A stretch of 64,000 nucleotides of DNA, from the NCBI GenBank assembly GCA_043228905.1, contig JBHGNT010000023.1, positions 372,001 through 436,000 on the forward strand. The letters are read 5' to 3'. Under the pieces are notes generated by a model. The model was given only the letters and a program-made list of their open reading frames with translations. It searched no databases and had not been told where the DNA came from. This stretch comes from Azolla caroliniana (taxonomy: Eukaryota; Plantae; Polypodiophyta). Position 1 is the first letter of the stretch; the number at the start of each line of letters is the position of its first letter. Both the position numbers and the translations under genes were made by a program. This document shows positions 26,617 to 40,200 of the stretch, piece by piece.

Positions 26617-28280
26617 TCATAGCTGGCTCGTGTGATATCGGATTTTAGTGTTCAAACATGCGAATCGAAGCTAACAACACTAACTATGATATGGAATTAA
26701 AAAATCAAGATTTTGAAACTTGGGTCGAGAGACATCAAGAAATTAGTAAATTACATGAGGGAGTTGAGAAGAGCGCGTGAGTAAATTAAAATGTTCATAC
26801 CTGGCTCGTGTGATCCCGGATTTTTGTGTTCAAAGATGCGAATCGAAGCTAACAACACTAGCTATGATATGGAATTAAAAAATCAAGATTTTGAAACTTA
26901 GGTCGAGAGACATCAAGAAATTAGTAAATTAGAGGAGGGTGTTGACGAGAGCGCGTGAGTAAATTAAAATGTTCATAGCTGGCTCGTGTGATATCGGATT
27001 TTAGTGTTCAAACATGCGAATCGAAGCTAACAACACTAGCTAGGATATGGAATTAAAAAATCAAGATTCTGAAACTCAGGTCGACAGATATGAAGAAATT
27101 AGTAAATTAGGGGAGGGAGTTGAGAAGAGCGCGTGAAACATGGGTCGAGAGACATGAAGAAATTAGTAAATTAGAGGAGGGAGCTAGGAAGAGCGCGTGA
27201 GTAAATTAAAATGTTCATACCTGGCTCGTGTGATCCCGGATTTTTGTGTTCAAAGATGCGAATCGAAGCTAACAACACTTGCTATGATATGGAATCAAAA
27301 AATCAAGATTTTGAAACTCAGGTCGAGAGACATGAAGAAATTAGTAAAGTAGGGGAGGGAGTTGAGAAGAGCGCGTGAGTAAATTAAAATGTTCTTAGCT
27401 GGCTCGTGTGATATCGGATTTTAGTGTTCAAACATGTGAATGGAAGCTAACAACACTAACTATGATATGGAATTAAAAAATCAAGATTTTGAAACTTGGG
27501 TCGAGAGATATCAAGAAATTAGTAAATTAGGGGAGGGAGTTGAGAAGAGCGCGTGAGTAAATTAAAATGTTCATAGCTGGCTCGTGTGATATCGGATTTT
27601 GGTGTTCAAACATGCGAATCGAAGCTAACAACACTAGCTATGATATGGAATTAAAAAATCAAGATTTTGAAACTTGGGTCGAGAGACATGAAGAAATTAG
27701 TAAATTACAGGAGGGAGTTGAGAAGAGCGCGTGAGTAAATTAAAATGTTCATAGCTGGCTCGTGTGATATCGGATTTTTGTGTTCAAACATGCGAATCGA
27801 AGCTAACAACACTTTGTATGATATGGAATTAAAAAATCAAGATTTTGAGACTAAGGTCGAGAGACATCAAGAAATTAGGAAATTAGGGGAGGGAGTTGAT
27901 AAGAGCGCGTGAGTAAATTAAAATGTTCATACCTGGCTCGTGTGATCCCGGATTTTTGTGTTCAAAGATGCCAATCGAAGCTAACAATACTAGTTACGAT
28001 ATGGAATTAAAAAATCAAGATTTTGAAACTCAGGTCGAGAGACATGAAGAAATTAGTAAATTAGGGGAGGGAGTTGAGAAGAGCGCGTGAGTAAATTAAA
28101 ATGTTCATAGCTGGCTCGTGTGATATCGGATTTTTGTGTTCAAACATGCGAATCGAAGCTAACAACACTTGCTATGATATGGAATTAAAAAATCAAGATT
28201 TTGAAACTCAGGTCGAGAGACATGAAGAAATTAGTAAAGTAGGGGAGGGAGTTGAGAAGAGCGCGTGAGTAAATTAAAAT
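24930..28280 (+). repeat. Tandem duplication of a 1666-bp (10-monomer) unit
   Basis: 64-bp monomer junctions at 25470 and 27136 (1666 = 10x178-114), with shared GATTCTGAAA, GTTCTTAGCT and CACTTTGTATG variants in the same order. Confidence 0.85.
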
Positions 28281-31200
28281 GTTCTTAGCTGGCTCGTGTG
28301 ATATCGGATTTTAGTGTTCAAACATGTGAATGGAAGCTAACAACACTAATTATGATATGGAATTAAAAAATCAAGATTTTGAAACTTGGGTCGAGAGACA
28401 TGAAGAAATTAGTAAATTAGGGGAGGGAGTTGAGAAGAGCGCGTGAGTAAATTAAAATGTTCATAGCTGGCTCGTGTGATATCGGATTTTTGTGTTCAAA
28501 CATGCGAATCGAAGCTAACAACACTTGGTATGATATGGAATTAAAAAATCAAGATTTTGAGACTAAGGTCGAGAGACATCAAGAAATTAGGAAATTAGGG
28601 GAGGGAGTTGATAAGAGCGCGTGAGTAAATTAAAATGTTCATACCTGGCTCGTGTGATCCCGGATTTTTGTGTTCAAAGATGCCAATCGAAGCTAACAAT
28701 ACTAGTTACGATATGGAATTAAAAAATCAAGATTTTGAAACTCAGGTCGAGAGACATGAAGAAATTAGTAAATTAGGGGAGGGAGTTGAGAAGAGCGCGT
28801 GAGTAAATTAAAATGTTCATAGCTGGCTCGTGTGATATCGGATTTTTGTGTTCAGAGATGCGAATCGAAGCTAACAACACTAGCTATGATATGGAATTAA
28901 AAAATCAAGATTTTGAAACTCAGGTCGAGAGACATGAAGAAATTAGTAAATTAGAGGAGGGTGTTGACAAGAGCGCATGAGTAAATTAAAATGTTCATAC
29001 CTGGCTCTTGTGATATCGGATTTTAGTGTTCAAAGATGCCAATCGAAGCTAACAACACTAGCTATGATATGGAATTAAAAAATCAAGATTTTGAAACTTG
29101 GGTCGAGAGACATGAAGAAATTAGTAAATTAGGGGAGGAAGTTGATAAGAGCGCGTGAGTAAATTAAAATGTTCATACCTGGCTCGTGTGATACCGGATT
29201 TTTGTGTTCAAAGATGCGAATCGAAGCTAACAACACTAGCTATGATATGGAATGAAAAAATCAAGATTTTAAAACTCAGGTCGAGAGACATGAAGATATT
29301 AGGAAATTAGAGGAGGGAGTTGAGAAGAGCGCGTGAGTAAATTAAAATGTTCATAGCTGGCTCGTGTGATCCCAGATTTTTATGTTCAAAGATGCGAATC
29401 GAAGCTAACAACACTACGTATGATATGGAATGAAAAAATCAATATTTTGAAACTTAGGTCGAGAGACATGAAGAAATTAGTAAATTAGAGGAGGGTATTG
29501 CAAGAGCGCGTGAGTAAATTAAAATGTTCATAGCTGGCTCGTGTGATATCGGATTTTTGTGTTCAGAGATGCGAATCGAAGCTAACAACACTAGCTATGA
29601 TATGGAATGAAAAAATCAAGATTTTGAAACTCAGGTCGAGAGACATGAAGAAATTAGTAAATTAGAGGAGGGAGTTGAGAAGAGCGCGTGAGTAAATTAA
29701 AATGTTCATAGCTGGCTCGTGTGATCCCGGATTTTTATGTTCAAAGATGCGAATCGAAGCTAACAACACTACGTATGATATGGAATGAAAAAATCAATAT
29801 TTTGAAACTTAGGTCGAGAGACATGAAGAAATTAGTAAATTAGAGGAGGGTATTGCAAGAGCGCGTGAGTAAATTAAAATGTTCATAGCTGGCTCGTGTG
29901 ATATCGGATTTTTGTGTTCAGAGATGCGAATCGAAGCTAACAACACTAGCTATGATATGGAATTAAAAAATCAAGATTTTGAATCTCAGGTCGAGAGACA
30001 TGAAGAAATTAGTAAATTAGAGGAGGGTGTTGACAAGAGCGCATGAGTAAATTAAAATGTTCATACCTGGCTCTTGTGATATCGGATTTTAGTGTTCAAA
30101 GATGCCAATCGAAGCTAACAACACTAGCTATGATATGGAATTAAAAAATCAAAATTTCGAAACTTGGGTCGAGAGACATGAAGAAATTAGTAAATTAGGG
30201 GAGGGTGTTGACAAGAGCGCGTGAGTAAATTAAAATGTTCATACCTGGCTCGTGTGATCCCGGATTTTAGTGTTCAAACATGCAAATCGAAGCTAACAAT
30301 ACTAGTTACGATATGGAATTAAAAAATCAAGATTTTGAAACTCAGGTCGAGAGACATCAAGAAATTAGGAAATTAGGGGAGGGAGTTGAGAAGAGCGCGT
30401 GAGTAAATTAAAATGTTCATAGCTGGCTCGTGTGATATCGGATTTTTGTGTTCAGAGATGCGAAGCGAAGCTAACAACACTAGCTATGATATGGAATTAA
30501 AAAATCAAGATTTTGAAACTCAGATCGAGAGACATGAAGAAATTAGTAAATTAGAGGAGGGTGTTGACAAGAGCGCATGAGTAAATTAAAATGTTCATAG
30601 CTGGCTCGTGTGATATCGGATTTTTGTGTTCAAACATGCGAATCGAAGCTAACAACACTTTCTATGATATGGAATTAAAAAATCGAGATTTCGAAACTTG
30701 GGTCGAGAGACATGAAGAAATTAGTAAATTAGGGGAGGGAGTTGATAACAGCGCGTGAGTAAATTAAAATGTTCATACCTGGCTCGTGTGATACCGGATT
30801 ATTGTGTTCAAAGATGCGAATCGAAGCTAACAACACTAGCTATGATATGGAATGAAAAAATCAAGATTTTGAAACTCAGGTCGAGAGACATGAAGATATT
30901 AGTAAATTAGAGGAGGGAGTTGAGAAGAGCGCGTGAGTAAATTAAAATGTTCATAGCTGGCTCGTGTGATCCCGGATTTTTATGTTCAAAGATGCGAATC
31001 GAAGCTAACAAAACTACGTATGATATGGAATGAAAAAATCAATATTTTGAAACTTAGGTCGAGAGACATGAAGAAATTAGTAAATTAGAGGAGGGTATTG
31101 CAAGAGCGCGTGAGTAAATTAAAATGTTCATAGCTGGCTCGTGTGATATCGGATTTTTGTGTTCAGAGATGCGAATCGAAGCTAACAACACTAGCTATGA

Positions 31201-34200
31201 TATGGAATTAAAAAATCAAGATTTTGAAACTCAGGTCGAGAGACATGAAGAAATTAGTAAATTAGAGGAGGGTGTTGACAAGAGCGCATCAGTAAATTAA
31301 AATGTTCATACCTGGCTCTTGTGATATCGGATTTTAGTGTTCAAAGATGCCAATCGAAGCTAACAACACTAGCTATGATATGGAATTAAAAAATCAAAAT
31401 TTCGAAACTTGGGTCGAGAGACATGAAGAAATTAGTAAATTAGGGGAGGGTGTTGACAAGAGCGCGTGAGTAAATTAAAATGTTCATACCTGGCTCGTGT
31501 GATCCCGGATTTTAGTGTTCAAACATGCAAATCGAAGCTAACAACACTAGCTACGATATGGAATTAAAAAATCAAGATTTTGAAACTTAGGTCGAGAGAC
31601 ATGAAGAAATTAGTAAATTAGAGGAGGGTGTTGACGAGATCGTGTGAGTAAATTAAAATGTTCATCCCTGGCTCGTGTGATATCGGATTTTTGTGTTCAG
31701 AGATGCCAATCGAAGCTAACAACACTAGCTTTAATATGGAATTAAAAAATCAAGATTTTGAAACTCAGGTCGAGAGACATGAAGAAATTAGTAAATTAGG
31801 GGAGGGAGTTGACAAGAGCGCGTGAGTAAATTAAAATGTTCATACGTGGCTTGTGTGATCCCGGATTTTTGTGTTCAAAGATGCCAATCGAAGCTAACAA
31901 CACTAGCTATGATATGAAATGAAAAAATAAAGATTTTGAAACTCAGGTCGAGAGCGCGTGAGTAAATTAAAATGCTCATAGCTGGCTCGTGTGATATCGG
32001 ATTTTAGTGTTCAAACATGCGAATCGAAGCTAACAACACTTGCTATGATATGGATTTAAAAAATCAAGATTTTGAAACTCAGGTCGAGAGACATGAAGAA
32101 ATTAGTAAATTAGGGGAGGGAGTTGAGAAGAGCGCGTGAGTAAATTAAAATGTTCATAGCTGGCTCGTGTGATATCGGATTTTTGTGTTCAAACATGCGA
32201 ATCGAAGCTAACAACACTTGCTATGATATGGAATTAAAAAATCAAGATTTTGAAACTCAGGTCGAGAGACATGAAGAAATTAGTAAAGTAGGGGAGGGAG
32301 TTGAGAAGAGCGCGTGAGTAAATTAAAATGTTCATAGCTGGCTCGTGTGATATCGGATTTTAGTGTTCAAACATGCGAATCGAAGCTAACAACACTAACT
32401 ATGATATGGAATGAAAAAATCAAGATTTTGAAACTTGGGTCGAGAGATATCAAGAAATTAGTAAATTACATGAGGGAGTTGAGAAGAGCGCGTGAGTAAA
32501 TTAAAATGCTCATAGCTGGCTCGTGTGATATCGGATTTTAGTGTTCAAACATGAGAATCGAAGCTAACAACACTAGCTATGATATGGAATTAAAAAATCA
32601 AGATTTTGAAACTTGGGTCGAGAGACATGAAGAAATTAGTAAATTACATGAGGGAGTTGAGAAGAGCGCGTGAGTAAATTAAAATGTTCATAGCTGGCTC
32701 GTGTGATATCGGATTTTAGTGTTCAAACATGCGAATCAAAGCTAACAACACTAGCTATGATAAGGAATGAAAAAATCAAGATTTTGAAACTCAGGTCGAG
32801 AGACATGAAGATATTAGTAAATTAGAGGAGGGAGTTGAGAAGAGCGCGTGAGTAAATTAAAATGTTCATAGCTGGCTCGTGTGATATCGGATTTTAGTGT
32901 TCAAACATGCGAATCGAAGTTATGATATGGAATTAAAAAATCAAGATTTTGAAACTCAGATCGAGAGACATGAAGAAATTAGTAAATTAGAGGAGGGTGT
33001 TGACAAGAGCGCATGAGTAAATTAAAATGTTCATACCTGGCTCTTGTGATATCGGATTTTAGTGTTCAAAGATACCAATCGAAGCTACCAACACTAGCTA
33101 TGATATGGAATTAAAAAATCAAGATTTCGAAACTCAGATCGAGAGACATGAAGAAATTAGTAAATTAGAGGAGAGTGTTGACGAGAGCGCGTGAGGAAAT
33201 TAAAATGTTCATAGCTGGCTCGTGTGATATCGGATTTTTGTGTTCAGAGATGCGAATCGAAGCTAACAACACTAGCTATGATATGGAATTAAAAAATCAA
33301 GATTTTGAAACTCAGGTCGAGAGACATGAAGAAATTAGTAAATTAGAGGAGGGTGTTGACAAGAGCGCATGAGTAAATTAAAATGTTCATACCTGGCTCT
33401 TGTGATATCGGATTTTAGTGTTCAAAGATGCCAATCGAAGCTAACAACACTAGCTATGATATGGAATTAAAAAATCAAGATTTTGAAACTTGGGTCGAGA
33501 GACATGAAGAAATTAGTAAATTAGGGGAGGAAGTTGATAAGAGCGCGTGAGTAAATTAAAATGTTCATACCTGGCTCGTGTGATACCGGATTTTTGTGTT
33601 CAAAGATGCGAATCGAAGCTAACAACACTAGCTATGATATGGAATGAAAAAATCAAGATTTTAAAACTCAGGTCGAGAGACATGAAGATATTAGGAAATT
33701 AGAGGAGGGAGTTGAGAAGAGCGCGTGAGTAAATTAAAATGTTCATAGCTGGCTCGTGTGATCCCAGATTTTTATGTTCAAAGATGCGAATCGAAGCTAA
33801 CAACACTACGTATGATATGGAATGAAAAAATCAATATTTTGAAACTTAGGTCGAGAGACATGAAGAAATTAGTAAATTAGAGGAGGGTATTGCAAGAGCG
33901 CGTGAGTAAATTAAAATGTTCATAGCTGGCTCGTGTGATATCGGATTTTTGTGTTCAGAGATGCGAATCGAAGCTAACAACACTAGCTATGATATGGAAT
34001 GAAAAAATCAAGATTTTGAAACTCAGGTCGAGAGACATGAAGAAATTAGTAAATTAGAGGAGGGAGTTGAGAAGAGCGCGTGAGTAAATTAAAATGTTCA
34101 TAGCTGGCTCGTGTGATATCGGATTTTTGTGTTCAAACATGCGAATCGAAGCTAACAACACTTGCTATGATATGGAATTAAAAAATCAAGATTTTGAAAC

Positions 34201-37200
34201 TCAGGTCGAGAGACATGAAGAAATTAGTAAAGTAGGGGAGGGAGTTGAGAAGAGCGCGTGAGTAAATTAAAATGTTCATAGTTGGCTCGTGTGATATCGG
34301 ATTTTTGTGTTCAGAGATGCGAATCGAAGCTAACAACACTAGCTATGATATGGAATTAAAAAATCAAGATTTTGAAACTCAGGTCGAGAGACATGAAGAA
34401 ATTAGTAAATTAGAGGAGGGTGTTGACAAGAGCGCATGAGTAAATTAAAATGTTCATACCTGGCTCTTGTGATATCGGATTTTAGTGTTCAAAGATGCCA
34501 ATCGAAGCTAACAACACTAGCTATGATATGGAATTAAAAAATCAAGATTTTGAAACTTGGGTCGAGAGACATGAAGAAATTAGTAAATTAGAGGAGGGTG
34601 TTGACGAGAGCGCGTGAGTAAATTAAAATGTTCATAGCTGGCTCGTGTGATATCAGATTTTAGTGTTCAAACATGCGAATCGAAGCTAACAACACCAACT
34701 ATGATATGTAATTAAGAAATCAAGATTTTGAGACTAAGGTCGAGAGACATGAAGAAATTAGTAAATTAGGGGAGGGAGTTGATAAGAGCGCGTGAGTAAA
34801 TTAAAATGTTCATACCTGGCTCGTGTGATCCCGGATTTTTGTGTTCAAAGATGCCAATCGAAGCTAACAATACTAGTTATGATATGGAATTAAAAAATCA
34901 AGATTTTGAAACTCAGGTCGAGAGACATGAAGAAATTAGTAAATTAGGGGAGGGAGTTGAGAAGAGCGCGTGAGTAAATTAAAATGTTCATAGCTGGCTC
35001 GTGTGATATCGGATTTCTGTGTTGAAACATGCGAATCGAAGCTAACAACACTTGCTATGATATGGAATTAAAAAATCAAGATTTTGAAACTCAGGTCGAG
35101 AGACATGAAGAAATTAGTAAATTAGGGGAGGGAGTTGAGAAGAGCGCGTGAGTAAATTAAAATGTTCATAGCTGGCTCGTGTGATATCGGATTTTTGTGT
35201 TCAAACATGCGAATCGAAGCTAACAACACTTCCTATGATATGGATTTAAAAAATCGAGATTTTGAAACTCAGGTCGAGAGACATGAAGAAATTAGTAAAT
35301 TAGGGGAGGGAGTTGAGAAGAGCGCGTGAGTAAATTAAAATGTTCATAGCTGGCTCGTGTGATATCGGATTTTTGTGTTCAAACATGCGAATCGAAGCTA
35401 ACAACACTTGCTATGATATGGAATTAAAAAATCAAGATTTTGAAACTCAGGTCGAGAGACATGAAGAAATTAGTAAAGTAGGGGAGGGAGTTGAGAAGAG
35501 CGCGTGAGTAAATTAAAATGTTCATAGTTGGCTCGTGTGATATCGGATTTTTGTGTTCAGAGATGCGAATCGAAGCTAACAACACTAGCTATGATATAGA
35601 ATTAAAAAATCAAGATTTTGAAACTCACGTCGAGAGACATGAAGAAATTAGTAAATTAGAGGAGGGTGTTGACAAGAGCGCATGAGTAAATTAAAATGTT
35701 CATACCTGGCTCTTGTGATATCGGATTTTAGTGTTCAAAGATGCCAATCGAAGCTAACAACACTAGCTATGATATGGAATTAAAAAATCAAGATTTTGAA
35801 ACTTGGGTCGAGAGACATGAAGAAATTAGTAAATTAGAGGAGGGTGTTGATGAGAGCGCGTGAGTAAATTAAAATGTTCATAGCTGGCTCGTGTGATATC
35901 GGATTTTAGTGTTCAAACATGCGAATCGAAGCTAACAACACCAACTATGATATGTAATTAAAAAATCAAGATTTTGAGACTAAGGTCGAGAGACATGAAG
36001 AAATTAGTAAATTAGGGGAGGGAGTTGATAAGAGCGCGTGAGTAAATTAAAATGTTCATACCTGGCTCGTGTGATCCCGGATTTTTGTGTTCAAAGATGC
36101 CAATCGAAGCTAACAATACTAGTTATGATATGGAATTAAAAAATCAAGATTTTGAAACTCAGGTCGAGAGACATGAAGAAATTAGTAAATTAGGGGAGGG
36201 AGTTGAGAAGAGCGCGTGAGTAAATTAAAATGTTCATACCTGGCTCGTGTGATATCGGATTTTTGTGTTCAGAGATGCGAATCGAAGCTAACAACACTTG
36301 GTATGATATGGAATTAAAAAATCAAGATTTTGAGACTAAGGTCGAGAGACATGAAGAAATTAGTAAATTAGGGGAGGGAGTTGATAAGAGCGCGTGAGTA
36401 AATTAAAATGTTCATACCTGGCTCGTGTGATCCCGGATTTTTGTGTTCAAAGATGCCAATCGAAGCTAACAAGACTAGTTACGATATGGAATTAAAAAAT
36501 CAAGATTTTGAAACTCAGGTCGAGAGACATGAAGAAATTAGTAAATTAGGGGAGGAAGTTGAGAAGAGCGCGTGAGTAAATTAAAATGTTCATAGCTGGC
36601 TCGTGTGATATCGGATTTTTGTGTTCAAACATGCGAATCGAAGCTAACAACACTTGCTATGATATGGAATTAAAAAATCAAGATTTTGAAACTCAGGTCG
36701 AGAGACATGAAGAAATTAGTAAAGTAGGGGAGGGAGTTGAGAAGAGCGCGTGAGTAAATTAAAATGTTCATAGCTGGCTCGTGTGATATCGGATTTTTGT
36801 GTTCAGAGATGCGAATCGAAGCTAACAACACTAGCTATGATATGGATTTAAAAAATCAAGATTTTCAAACTTGGGTCGAGAGACATGAAGAAATTAGTAA
36901 ATTAGAGGAGGGTGTTGACGAGAGCGCGTGAGTAAATTAAAATGTTCATAGCTGGCTCGTGTGATATCGGATTTTAGTGTTCAAACATGCGAATCGAAGC
37001 TAACAACACCAACTATGATATGGAATTAAAAAATCAAGATTTTGAGACTAAGGTCGAGAGACATGAAGAAATTAGTAAATTAGGGGAGGGAGTTGATAAG
37101 AGCGCGTGAGTAAATTAAAGTGTTCATACCTGGCTCGTGTGATCCCGGATTTTTGTGTTCAAAGATGCCAATCGAAGCTAACAATACTAGTTATGATATG

Positions 37201-40200
37201 GAATTAAAAAATCAAGATTTTGAAACTCAAGTCGAGAGACATGAAGAAATTAGTAAATTAGGGGAGGGAGTTGAGAAGAGCGCGTGAGTAAATTAAAATG
37301 TTCATAGCTGGCTCGTGTGATATCGGATTTTTGTGTTCAAACATGCGAATCGAAGCTAACAACACTTGCTATGATATGGAATTAAAAAATCAAGATTTTG
37401 AAACTCAGGTCGAGAGACATGAAGAAATTAGTAAAGTAGGGGAGGGAGTTGAGAAGAGCGCGTGAGTAAATTCAAATGTTCATAGCTGGCTCGTGTGATA
37501 TCGGATTTTTGTGTTCAAACATGTGAATCGAAGCTAACAACACTTGCTATGATATGGAATTAAAAAATCAAGATTTTGAAACTCGGGTCGAGAGACATGA
37601 AGAAATTAGTAAAGTAGGGGAGGGAGTTGAGAAGAGCGCGTGAGTAAATTAAAATGTTCATAGTTGGCTCGTGTGATATCGGATTTTTGTGTTCAGAGAT
37701 GCGAATCGAAGCTAACAACACTAGCTATGATATGGAATTAAAAAATCAAGATTTTGAAACTCAGGTCGAGAGACATGAAGAAATTAGTAAATTAGAGGAG
37801 GGTGTTGACAAGAGCGCATGAGTAAATTAAAATGTTCATACCTGGCTCATGTGATATCGGATTTTAGTGTTCAAAGATGCCAATCGAAGCTAACAACACT
37901 AGCTATGATATGGAATTAAAAAATCAAGATTTTGAAACTTGGGTCGAGAGACATGAAGAAATTAGTAAATTAGAGGAGGGTGTTGACGAGAGCGCGTGAG
38001 TAAATTAAAATGTTCATAGCTGGCTCGTGTGATATCGGATTTTTGTGTTCAAACATGCGAATCGAAGCTAACAACACTTGCTATGATATGGAATTAAAAA
38101 ATCAAGATTTTGAAACTCAGGTCGAGAGACATGAAGAAATTAGTAAAGTAGGGGAGGGAGTTGAGAAGAGCGCGTGAGTAAATTAAAATGTTCATAGCTG
38201 GCTCGTGTGATATCGGATTTTTGTGTTCAGAGATGCGAATCGAAGCTAACAACACTAGCTATGATATGGATTTAAAAAATCAAGATTTTCAAACTTGGGT
38301 CGAGAGACATGAAGAAATTAGTAAATTAGGGGAGGGAGTTGAGAAGAGCGCGTGAGTAAATTAAAATGTTCATAGCTGGCTCGTGTGATATCGGATTTTT
38401 GTGTTCAAACATGCGAATCAAAGCTAACAACACTAGCTATGATAAGGAATGAAAAAATCAAGATTTTGAAACTCAGGTCGAGAGACATGAAGAAATTAGT
38501 AAATTAGAGGAGGGTGTTGACGAGAGCGCGTGAGGAAATTAAAATGTTCATAGCTGGCTCGTGTGATATCGGATTTTTGTGTTCAGAGATGCGAATCGAA
38601 GCTAACAACACTAGCTATGATATGGAATTAAAAAATCAAGATTTTGAAACTCAGGTCGAGAGACATGAAGAAATTAGTAAATTAGAGGAGGGTGTTGACA
38701 AGAGCGCATGAGTAAATTAAAATGTTCATACCTGGCTCTTGTGATATCGGATTTTAGTGTTCAAAGATGCCAATCGAAGCTAACAACACTAGCTATGATA
38801 TGGAATTAAAAAATCAAAATTTCGAAACTTGGGTCGAGAGACATGAAGAAATTAGTAAATTAGGGGAGGGAGTTGAGAAGAGCGCGTGAGTAAATTAAAA
38901 TGTTCATAGCTGGCTCGTGTGGTATCGGATTTTTGTGTTCAAACATGCGAATCGAAGCTAACAACACTTTCTATGATATGGAATTAAAAAATCCAGATTT
39001 CGAAACTTGGGTCGAGAGACATGAAGAAATTAGTAAATTAGGGGAGGAAGTTGATAAGATAGCGTGAGTAAATTAAAATGTTCATACCTGGCTCGTGTGA
39101 TACCGGATTTTTGTGTTCAAAGATGCGAATCGAAGCTACCAACACTAGCTATGATATGGAATTAAAAAATCAAGATTTTGAAACTCAGGTCGAGAGACAT
39201 GAAGATATTAGGAAATTAGAGGAGGGAGTTGAGAAGAGCGCGTGAGTAAATTAAAATGTTCATAGCTGGCTCGCGTGATCCCAGATTTTTATGTTCAAAG
39301 ATGCGAATCGAAGCTAACAACACTACGTATGATATGGAATGAAAAAATCAATATTTTGAAACTTAGGTCGAGAGACATGAAGAAATTAGTAAATTAGAGG
39401 AGGGTATTGCAAGAGCGCGTGAGTAAATTAAAATGTTCATAGCTGGCTCGTGTGATATCGGATTTTTGTGTTCAGAGATGCGAATCGAAGCTAACAACAC
39501 TAGCTATGATATGGAATTAAAAAATCAAGATTTTGAAACTGAGGTCGAGAGACATGAAGAAATTAGTAAATTAGAGGAGGGTGTTGACAAGAGCGCATGA
39601 GTAAATTAAAATGTTCATACCTGGCTCTTGTGAGATCGGATTTTAGTGTTCAAAGATGCCAATCGAAGCTAACAACACTAGCTATGATATGGAATTAAAA
39701 AATCAAGATTTTGAGACTAAGGTCGAGAGACATGAAGAAATTAGTAAATTAGGGGAGGGAGTTGATAAGAGCGCGTGAGTAAATTCAAATGTTCATAGCT
39801 GGCTCGTGTGATATCGGATTTTTGTGTTCAAACATGTGAATCGAAGCTAACAACACTTGCTATGATATGGAATTAAAAAATCAAGATTTTGAAACTCGGG
39901 TCGAGAGACATGAAGAAATTAGTAAAGTAGGGGAGGGAGTTGAGAAGAGCGCGTGAGTAAATTAAAATGTTCATAGTTGGCTCGTGTGATATCGGATTTT
40001 TGTGTTCAGAGATGCGAATCGAAGCTAACAACACTAGCTATGATATGGAATTAAAAAATCAAGATTTTGAAACTCAGGTCGAGAGACATGAAGAAATTAG
40101 TAAATTAGAGGAGGGTGTTGACAAGAGCGCATGAGTAAATTAAAATGTTCATACCTGGCTCTTGTGATATCGGATTTTAGTGTTCAAAGATGCCAATCGA

